Assembly: GCA_050013715.1 (NCBI GenBank)
Contig: JBEKES010000018.1
Span: 1 to 16,417 of the forward strand
Source of the DNA: Candidatus Micrarchaeaceae archaeon
GTDB lineage: Archaea > Micrarchaeota > Micrarchaeia > Micrarchaeales > Micrarchaeaceae
Reading direction: 5' to 3'
DNA: 16,417 bases
Below the pieces are notes generated by a model. That model worked only from the letters and a program-made list of their open reading frames with translations, was not told the origin of the DNA and searched no databases. This document shows positions 9,603 through 15,964 of this stretch, piece after piece. The translations under genes and the position numbers were made by a program. The stretch's first letter is position 1, and each line of letters starts with the position of its first letter.

Positions 9603-9746
9603 TCATACCACGCAGTCGTTCTTCAATACATATACTTTCCTATGCGTGAATTCAGATTGCTTTCCCTGGTTCTACTGGTCCACAGGCCTCAGATAGCCTA
9701 CAACTCTGCTGTATACTTCGCACTTCGTTCTTTTGGGTTCATCCAT
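9603..9746 (-). pseudogene. nrdD: Stand-alone NrdD glycyl-radical domain (47 codons) interrupted by in-frame TAG at codon 25; not in the ORF track
   Basis: Manual translation: MDEPKRTKCEVYSRVVGYLRPVDQ*NQGKQSEFTHRKVYVLKNDCVV*. RVVGYL is the glycyl-radical loop. SD AGGTGA (9756-9751) lies 4 nt before ATG 9746, and its TGA (9605-9603) directly abuts the nrdG ATG. TAG is at 9674-9672. Confidence 0.9.
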
Positions 9747-9766
9747 GTTTTCACCTTAGCATAAAT

Positions 9767-11806
9767 TCATAATATTTGCATTTGACTCTTGTTTTCAACT
9801 AAAATCCCTAATTCTTCATCGCATTTGGGACAATACTCGTGCTCTCCGGCAAGATATCCGTGCTTAGGACATATGCTGAACGTTGGGGTAAGCGTGAAAT
9901 AGGGTAATTTGAAATTGCCTGATATGCTTTTCACAAGTTCTCTCACAGATTTCCAGTCAGTTAGCTTTTCTCCAATAAATCCGTGCAGTACAGTTCCTCC
10001 CGTATATTTTGACTGAAATTCATCCTGCAATTCCAATGCCTCGAATATGTCGTTGGTATAATCAACGGGAAGATTTGATGAGTTTGTATAGTATGGCGCA
10101 GCTCCTTTTTTATAGGCTGATTCGTTTGCTACAACTATGTCAGGATATGCTTTCTTGTCTATCTGCGCAAGTCTGTAGGAAGTGCCTTCTCCCGGAGTTG
10201 CCTCAAGGTTGTATATGTTTCCAGTATCAAGCTGGTACGCACCGAGCCTTTCCCTCATGTGGTCAAGCACCTTAAGCCCGAACTTCCTGCTTTCCGGTTC
10301 AAGTATGTTTGAGCCGAGAAAATTGATCAGCGATTCATTCATTCCTATTATGCCTATGGTAGCAAAATGGTTCTTCCAGTATTCGTTGAACCTGGTTTTT
10401 ATGTCTCGAAGATAATATTTCGAATATGGGTACAATCCATTCTCGGTCCATCTCTCTAGTATGTTCCTCTTTGCCTCAAGGCAGTCCTTTGCAGTGTCCA
10501 TGAGCGCATCCAATTTTTCGAAATAGACGCTTTCCTCATTTGAAGTTTTTCCGATCCTTGGCAAGTTTATTGTGACTACTCCAACGCTACCGGTAAGTGG
10601 ATTCGCTCCGAAAAGGCCTCCGCCCCTTTTCCTAAGCTCCCTGTTGTCCAATCGCAACCTGCAGCACATGCTTCTTGCATCTTCAGGGCTCATGTCGCTG
10701 TTTACGAAGTTAGAGAAATAGGGTATTCCATACTTTGCGGTCATTTCGAATACGCTTTTGAGCATTGGCATCTCCCAGTCGAAGTCCTTTGTTATGTTGT
10801 AGGTAGGTATTGGAAACGTGAATACCCTTCCATCGGCATCGCCATCTGCCATTATCTCGGCAAAGGCCTGGTTCATCATGTTCATTTCCTCCTGGAATTC
10901 TCCATAGGTATTGGAGCTTGCCTTTCCGTTTATTATTACAGGGTCGTTTTTCATAAAGCTTGGAACGGTCAAATCCATGGTTACATTGGTGAATGGTGTT
11001 TGGAAGCCCACTCTTGTGGGTACGTTTATGTTGAATACGAATTCCTGCAGCGCCTGCTTTACCTGCCCATAGTTTAATCCATCATATCTTATGAAAGGTG
11101 CAAGATATGTATCAAAATTGCTGAATGCCTCTGCGCCTGCAGCCTCTCCCTGAAGGGTATAGAAGAAATTTACAACATGACCCAATGCGGATCGGAAGTG
11201 CTTGGCTGGCTTGCTTGAGATTTTGCCTCTTACATGGCCGAAACCACTAACAAGAAGATCCCTGAGGTCCCAGCCTACGCAATATGGACCTAGCGTGCCC
11301 AAATCATGAAGATGAAACTCGCCATTGGCATGGGCATTTCTAACTTCTTTAGGATATACCTTGTTAAGCCAGTAATTAGATACAACTGCAGAGGATATAT
11401 GGGAATTCAGTCCCTGCAATGAATAGCTCATGTTCGCATTCTCCTTTACTCGCCAATCGGTCATGTCAAGGTATCCTTCCACTAAACTGCTGGAGCTTAG
11501 AAGAGACTTCATTTCACGTATGTCTGCATGCTGCTTTCTGTATAATATGTATGCTTTAGCTGTTTCCTCAAGATGATTATGCATCAATATCTTTTCAACA
11601 AGATCCTGTATTTCCTCAACAGTAGGTGTTTTATTCGTGTAGTTTTCGTTTAATTCGCTTAGTATTTGTTCAGTTAGCCTTTGCGCAGTTTCGGCTCCAC
11701 CTTCACCCACAGCCCGCATGGCCTTAAAAATGGCCCTTGTTATCTTTGTCTTATCAAAGGGTACAATCTGACCGTCTCTCTTTTTTACTTCCTCCAAACA
11801 ATTCAC
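9767..11806 (-). CDS. nrdD: Class III (anaerobic) ribonucleoside-triphosphate reductase catalytic subunit with N-terminal ATP cone, lacking the glycyl-radical domain; true start may be TTG 11797
   Basis: ATP cone VKKRDG..VPFD..KI, HLHDL, PYCVGW, SMCCRL finger loop, YNLEATPGEG, YYTNS, TGGTVLH, and Zn site CPKH...CPKC. It then ends with no RxxGY motif. GGTGA at 11807-11803 fits as SD for TTG 11797. Confidence 0.96.
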   Translation of the reverse strand: MNCLEEVKKRDGQIVPFDKTKITRAIFKAMRAVGEGGAETAQRLTEQILSELNENYTNKTPTVEEIQDLVEKILMHNHLEETAKAYILYRKQHADIREMKSLLSSSSLVEGYLDMTDWRVKENANMSYSLQGLNSHISSAVVSNYWLNKVYPKEVRNAHANGEFHLHDLGTLGPYCVGWDLRDLLVSGFGHVRGKISSKPAKHFRSALGHVVNFFYTLQGEAAGAEAFSNFDTYLAPFIRYDGLNYGQVKQALQEFVFNINVPTRVGFQTPFTNVTMDLTVPSFMKNDPVIINGKASSNTYGEFQEEMNMMNQAFAEIMADGDADGRVFTFPIPTYNITKDFDWEMPMLKSVFEMTAKYGIPYFSNFVNSDMSPEDARSMCCRLRLDNRELRKRGGGLFGANPLTGSVGVVTINLPRIGKTSNEESVYFEKLDALMDTAKDCLEAKRNILERWTENGLYPYSKYYLRDIKTRFNEYWKNHFATIGIIGMNESLINFLGSNILEPESRKFGLKVLDHMRERLGAYQLDTGNIYNLEATPGEGTSYRLAQIDKKAYPDIVVANESAYKKGAAPYYTNSSNLPVDYTNDIFEALELQDEFQSKYTGGTVLHGFIGEKLTDWKSVRELVKSISGNFKLPYFTLTPTFSICPKHGYLAGEHEYCPKCDEELGILVENKSQMQIL

Positions 11807-11816
11807 CCTGCGTCGT

Positions 11817-11920
11817 AATGGATATTAGACACTTTCACTTGCCCCCTGGTAGCATACGTTTATCTACTGAAGGGTAGTGGGATCCTTTGCAAGAGGAAGG
11901 AAAGTGTAAAATAATCCATT
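11817..11920 (-). ncRNA. Candidate structured cis-regulatory leader RNA of the nrdD operon (nested long hairpin)
   Basis: Nested complementary pairs on the minus strand: AAUGGAU/AUCCAUU, ACACUUUC/GAAAGUGU, CUUGC/GCAAG, CCCU/AGGG, GUAG/CUAC. TATA-like TTATAT (11949-11944) sits ~24 nt upstream of the hairpin 5' end. Confidence 0.5.
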
Positions 11921-11994
11921 GTATCTAGAAAGAACTTGCATGGATATAAGAATAAGAGTAACCGTTTGGGTAGTGCTAAATTAACAGTCGTAAA

Positions 11995-12369
11995 TTATTG
12001 GCCTGTTGAAATGCATACGCTGCATTTCCTGTTTACGCATGAGGAATCAACGCCATATATGCAAATGCCAAGTTTTTTCGCGTCGAGTATGAATTTTTTC
12101 AGCATTAATCCTTTCGCAGTTAGATAATATTCCGTATGCAGTATCCCATTTTCCTTCTTCTCGTGCTTTTCTATCAATTCCGCATCGGATAATTCTTTCA
12201 AACTTCTGCTCAGATTTTTCGGGCTTATGCCGCCAAGAATCGCCTGCATCGCATTGAATTTGATGTGCTTCTTTGTAGAGTCGAATATCTCAATTATGGG
12301 AATGGTCCATTTTTTACCAAGGACATGCATCATCGATAGAGTGGGGCAATAATCCTGCTTATTATCCAT
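11995..12369 (-). CDS. HxlR/DUF24-family winged-helix regulator with N-terminal Cys and a C-terminal 4-Cys tail
   Basis: YCP...LGKKWTIPII...FN.....GISPKNLSRSLKEL....LI.K......TEYYLT.KG; tail C-x7-C-x4-C-x2-C. TATA-like TTTTATAG at 12397-12390. Confidence 0.9.
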   Translation of the reverse strand: MDNKQDYCPTLSMMHVLGKKWTIPIIEIFDSTKKHIKFNAMQAILGGISPKNLSRSLKELSDAELIEKHEKKENGILHTEYYLTAKGLMLKKFILDAKKLGICIYGVDSSCVNRKCSVCISTGQ

Positions 12370-12513
12370 GATTTTATATGCACGTCATACTATAAAAGAT
12401 TTTGCATGTTAATATTTCGAAATGCCTGTGCAATTTTGACCCATTGATTCGTTGGCGTAAATTCCTCAATAAAGAAAGGTAAAGCTTTTAGCCTTAATAA
12501 TCGATATAACCGC

Positions 12514-12999
12514 ATGGCAAAGAAAAAACTCAGAGTAGGCTGGTTCTCCTTCACCTGCTGCGAAGACAGCACCATGGTTTGGATAGAACTTATGAATGAG
12601 AAATTCTTTGAGTGGAAAGAGGTTCTTGAACTGGTAAACGTGCGCGTCATGAAAAAGAAGAACAGATTAGAGGACATAGACGTTGCATTTGTTGAGGGAG
12701 CCATAACAACAGAAGATGATGCAAAAAAACTAAGAGAGATAAGAGTAAACACAAAAAAGCTAATTGCCATAGGATCCTGCGCAATAAATGGAATGCCTGC
12801 CGCGCAAAGAAACATGTTCGATGAAAAATTGAAAAACGAGATTCAATTCCTTATAGAAAGATTCAAGCAAACTGACAAGGTCCGAAAAGTTACAGATATT
12901 GTGGTTGTTGACGATGAGGTGCCAGGATGCCCAATGGAAGAAGAGGTTTTCATTAAAATTTTGGACAAGTACCTGAAAGAATTTGGTGTGGTAAAATGA
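12514..12999 (+). CDS. [NiFe]-hydrogenase small subunit, group 3b-like, proximal-cluster domain only
   Basis: FTCCEDS, DVAFVEGAI, IAIGSCA..G, VPGCP motifs. Only 161 aa. ATGA overlap with the large subunit at 12996-12999. Confidence 0.88.
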   Translation: MAKKKLRVGWFSFTCCEDSTMVWIELMNEKFFEWKEVLELVNVRVMKKKNRLEDIDVAFVEGAITTEDDAKKLREIRVNTKKLIAIGSCAINGMPAAQRNMFDEKLKNEIQFLIERFKQTDKVRKVTDIVVVDDEVPGCPMEEEVFIKILDKYLKEFGVVK

Positions 13000-14315
13000 T
13001 ATTTCACATTGATCCAGTTGATGAGCACAAGCACGACGAAAAAGGAAATCATATCCGCATGAATAATCTTAGCAAGATGGAAGGCCATGGAAGCCTCGAC
13101 ATAAAAATAAAGGACAAAAAAGTAGTATATGTAAAATTAGGTATTACTGAAAGCAAAAGATTTTACACGCAAGCAATAAGGGGAAAATTCGCTCTTTCGC
13201 TGCCGTTGATGACCTCAAGGATATGCGGAACCTGCAGCATAGCTCATTTGACTGCATGTGCGGAAGCTGTGGAAAAAGCATTGGATTACAAGCCATCGGA
13301 TCAGACAATATTATTGAGAAACCTTTCATGCAACGGAATGATGATAAGGGACCACGCACTGCACTTGTTCATATTCTGCCTTCCTGACATTTACGGAAAA
13401 GATTCTGTACTAGATTTCGATAAATCACAAGATGAACTGATACAAAAGGCATTCGCGATAAAAAGCGCAGGAAACAACCTTTCTAAGGTAATAGCGGGCA
13501 GGGCAATTCACGCAACATACGCAGAAGTAGGAAAATTCAGTCATGTTCCGGAAAAGGAAGCAGTAGCAAAAGTGGTAAAAGAATTGAAATCAGTACGAGA
13601 CTATGCAATTGAATTCATTGAGATATTCTACAATGCGGAATTCAAGCTTGAAAGAGAAGTAAACTTCGTGTCATTGGTAAATAAGGATTACTTGTTCACT
13701 GGAGGAGACATACAAGATTCAGGCGGGACTATAATCAAAAGGGAAAAGTATTTTGATTACTTGAACGGAGTAGTAATACCTTATTCGCAGGCAATGGGCT
13801 ACAGCTACAAAGGAAAGGAATACATGGTAGGCGCTTTGGCAAGGATGAACCTAAACAAGAATAGTCTAACAAGCACAACCAAAAAGGACGCACAGAAATT
13901 CATCAGTGCATTTCCTTCAAATAATATTTATTCGAACAATCTTGCACAGGCTATAGAGATATTGAACTGCATAGATCAATCGATTGCGCTTTTGGAATCT
14001 AACGAATTCAAAGAGGAAACAGCAGAACCATTAAAGATAAAAGCAGGGGACGGCGTTGGGCTTATAGAAGCGCCGAGAGGAAGCTTGTATTACATGCTTT
14101 CCATAGACAAGACAGGAAAGGTAGATTACGGAACAATTGTTGTTCCAACGTCTCAGAACCAGATAAGCATGGAAAAGAGTGTTGGAAGAGTAGTAGAGGA
14201 AAACATAAACAAAAGCAAGGAAGCAATCGAATACGAAATAGAGAAACTGATAAGAGCATATGACCCATGCATGAGCTGCGCAAGCCATTTCCTCAAAATA
14301 AAGTGGAAAACTTAA
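12996..14315 (+). CDS. [NiFe]-hydrogenase large subunit, group 3b-like
   Basis: KMEGHG, L1 motif SRICGTCSIAH, GRAIH, YMVGALAR, EAPRG, PTSQN, L2 motif RAYDPCMSCASH, followed by an 8-aa extension FLKIKWKT typical of endopeptidase-matured subunits. Confidence 0.93.
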   Translation: MIFHIDPVDEHKHDEKGNHIRMNNLSKMEGHGSLDIKIKDKKVVYVKLGITESKRFYTQAIRGKFALSLPLMTSRICGTCSIAHLTACAEAVEKALDYKPSDQTILLRNLSCNGMMIRDHALHLFIFCLPDIYGKDSVLDFDKSQDELIQKAFAIKSAGNNLSKVIAGRAIHATYAEVGKFSHVPEKEAVAKVVKELKSVRDYAIEFIEIFYNAEFKLEREVNFVSLVNKDYLFTGGDIQDSGGTIIKREKYFDYLNGVVIPYSQAMGYSYKGKEYMVGALARMNLNKNSLTSTTKKDAQKFISAFPSNNIYSNNLAQAIEILNCIDQSIALLESNEFKEETAEPLKIKAGDGVGLIEAPRGSLYYMLSIDKTGKVDYGTIVVPTSQNQISMEKSVGRVVEENINKSKEAIEYEIEKLIRAYDPCMSCASHFLKIKWKT

Positions 14316-14421
14316 TAGATGTTCAAATTTCAGACTCACCAATACTGAAATGGGATATAGGTATTGAGAAAAAATCGGAGTCTGTTACCCTATTTTTGGC
14401 TATTTTTTAACCATTTTTTGA

Positions 14422-14638
14422 TTGTTTCCTAATTTAGCGGTTTTTTATCGGAGTTGTTTGTTTCCTAGAGTTATTTGGTAATTTACTGGTTGTTTCCTTG
14501 ACCTATTTAAGTGGATTGTGACTTTTTATTAGAGTAGAACTAGGTTGTTTCCTTGACCTTTTTGAGTAGAGGTCTACTTTTTTGATTGAGGGGAACTGTG
14601 TTTTTGTATCAAACCTTGCCAACAACAGGTCAAGAAAA
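14422..14638. repeat. Cluster of short direct repeats plus one inverted copy in a T-skewed intergenic region
   Basis: TTGTTTCCT at 14422, 14458, 14490 and 14545. The last two extend to a perfect 17-mer GGTTGTTTCCTTGACCT (14488-14504, 14543-14559). Inverted 11/12 match AGGTCAAGAAAA at 14627-14638. Confidence 0.75.
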
Positions 14639-14640
14639 TG

Positions 14641-14648
14641 TTTATATA
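14641..14648 (+). promoter_or_regulatory. Putative TATA box with purine-rich BRE-like upstream segment for the 14673-ispF-ispE operon
   Basis: TTTATATA preceded by AAGAAAATG, 25-32 nt upstream of GTG 14673. Confidence 0.5.
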
Positions 14649-14672
14649 TTATAAGAAACAGAGTATTTTTAA

Positions 14673-15305
14673 GTGATAATAATGAATGGATCAATACAGA
14701 TAAGTCAAAAATTACCTAATGTATTAATATCGGAACAAACAGAAGATCGTAGATACTTAAGGCGTTCTAATATAATACCTATTGGTTATAGAATGGCAAC
14801 ACTTTCAGAGGTTGCTCTATGTTTTGCATACAATCCAAGTTTTAATGAGGCGTTAAAAGCAGTTTCTTTTAGGGAAGTAAATCCAAATGCTACTCATTCA
14901 ATATTCGTAAAGAAAAGAGTTTGGAGTATTAAAGGACCACACGTGATAGAACCAGATGGTAGCTTTTTGGCTATAAGTAGATCAACTTATGATGCTCTTC
15001 CTAAAGAAAAAAGGATATTTTTTGATCTTAATGATAATCAAGTTGGAGGTCTTAAGGTTTGGGTTCGCGACGGTGAGTTACGTGTATCTGTAGGTCATAA
15101 ACGTGGTGAAGCATTTACCGCATATATTAAAGATAAAAAACCTAAAAAATTAGTTGAAGATTTAAGAAGAACTCTATATCTAAAGGAAGGAGACGTTCTA
15201 AGAGTAGTTATAAAGAAACATAAATCTAAAAGAAACGAGATAGTTGAAGAAAGCGTTACAAATTTAAAAAACATATCTGAAGTACATATCCTTCAAAGAA
15301 AATAA
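14673..15305 (+). CDS. Hypothetical protein (start GTG 14673 or ATG 14682)
   Basis: 210-aa ORF after a TATA box and 13 nt upstream of ispF; no family confidently recognised. Confidence 0.65.
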   Translation: MIIMNGSIQISQKLPNVLISEQTEDRRYLRRSNIIPIGYRMATLSEVALCFAYNPSFNEALKAVSFREVNPNATHSIFVKKRVWSIKGPHVIEPDGSFLAISRSTYDALPKEKRIFFDLNDNQVGGLKVWVRDGELRVSVGHKRGEAFTAYIKDKKPKKLVEDLRRTLYLKEGDVLRVVIKKHKSKRNEIVEESVTNLKNISEVHILQRK

Positions 15306-15318
15306 ATGAGTTGATAAA

Positions 15319-15960
15319 ATGACAACAATAGAATCCAAGACTAAAGTTAATGCGACACAAGAAACTAGGACAGTTGGACTACGAGAAGTTCTTAGGAGAC
15401 CACATTATAGGGTTGGTACTGGTATCGATGATCATAGGATTGAAACACCAGAAGATGCTATTAAAAATGAACGAAAAGTCAAACCAGTAATACTTAGTGG
15501 TAAACTAATAACAAATAGTTATAGTATTGATGCCAATTCGGATGGAGATGTTGTATATCATGCGGTAATGAATGCCTTATTGCAAGCTGATGGTAAGAGA
15601 GATATAGGATATTATTTTCCTGATAAAAAGGGAGGAGAATGGACGGATAAGAATAGCGATGTGATGGTAAGAATGGTAATGGACATGATAAAACAGGACG
15701 GTTACAGAGTAAACAACGCTGGCGTTATGATTACGTGTAATAAAATAATTAGGCTAAATGCACACATAGAAGATATGAGAGTTAATCTTGCTGACTTATT
15801 AGAAGTAAGAGATTTAAGTTGTATTGCCATAGGTGCAACAAGTGGTGAGAATCTTACTGAAGTAGCTAGAGGTAAAGGCATTAGTGCATTATCAACTGCA
15901 ATGTTAATAAGGGAGCAGAGAAAATGGTTCTATGATATGTTTAGTGCATTAAGAAATTAA
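15319..15960 (+). CDS. ispF: 2-C-methyl-D-erythritol 2,4-cyclodiphosphate synthase, divergent, with N- and C-terminal extensions
   Basis: YRVGTGIDDH (Zn ligands D-x-H), SDGDVVYHA, DIGYYFPD, GYRVNN, ATSGENL...ARGKGI align with the IspF motifs RIGxGxDxH, HSDGDVxxHA, DIGxxFPD and ATTxExLG..GRGEGI. Confidence 0.9.
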   Translation: MTTIESKTKVNATQETRTVGLREVLRRPHYRVGTGIDDHRIETPEDAIKNERKVKPVILSGKLITNSYSIDANSDGDVVYHAVMNALLQADGKRDIGYYFPDKKGGEWTDKNSDVMVRMVMDMIKQDGYRVNNAGVMITCNKIIRLNAHIEDMRVNLADLLEVRDLSCIAIGATSGENLTEVARGKGISALSTAMLIREQRKWFYDMFSALRN

Positions 15961-15964
15961 AAAG

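Noticed and set aside
9672..9674. Genome-wide TAG-to-Trp reassignment
   Set aside because: Trp is encoded by TGG throughout, no other gene here has an internal TAG, and TAG appears to terminate the gene ending at 1799.
11817..11920. Known cobalamin or purine/2'-dG riboswitch, or tRNA
   Set aside because: I could not find the B12-box/GGGAA elements, the purine three-way junction or a cloverleaf; the fold is one nested hairpin. An Rfam search is still needed.
12390..12815. 141-aa minus-strand ORF and the other short overlapping ORFs in the track (e.g. 236-451, 2405-2611, 2982-3221, 4104-4584, 5224-5614, 10009-10415, 13144-13359, 14031-14342)
   Set aside because: They are shadows of well-supported genes on the opposite strand and have no recognisable motifs.
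14260..14290. Selenocysteine-containing [NiFeSe] hydrogenase
   Set aside because: The L2 motif cysteines are both TGC; there is no in-frame TGA.
14422..14570. CRISPR array
   Set aside because: Only two long copies, a 9-nt shared core, irregular spacing (36/32/55), partly similar intervening sequence, and no cas genes in the window.
14503..14694. 63-aa minus-strand ORF through the repeat region
   Set aside because: It overlaps the promoter and start of the 14673 gene, the 55-nt repeat period breaks frame, and it has no recognisable motif.
14770..14860. C-type-lectin/DGR target fold suggested by GYRMATLSEV
   Set aside because: Only one short motif resembles it; there is no reverse transcriptase or TR/VR pair in the window.
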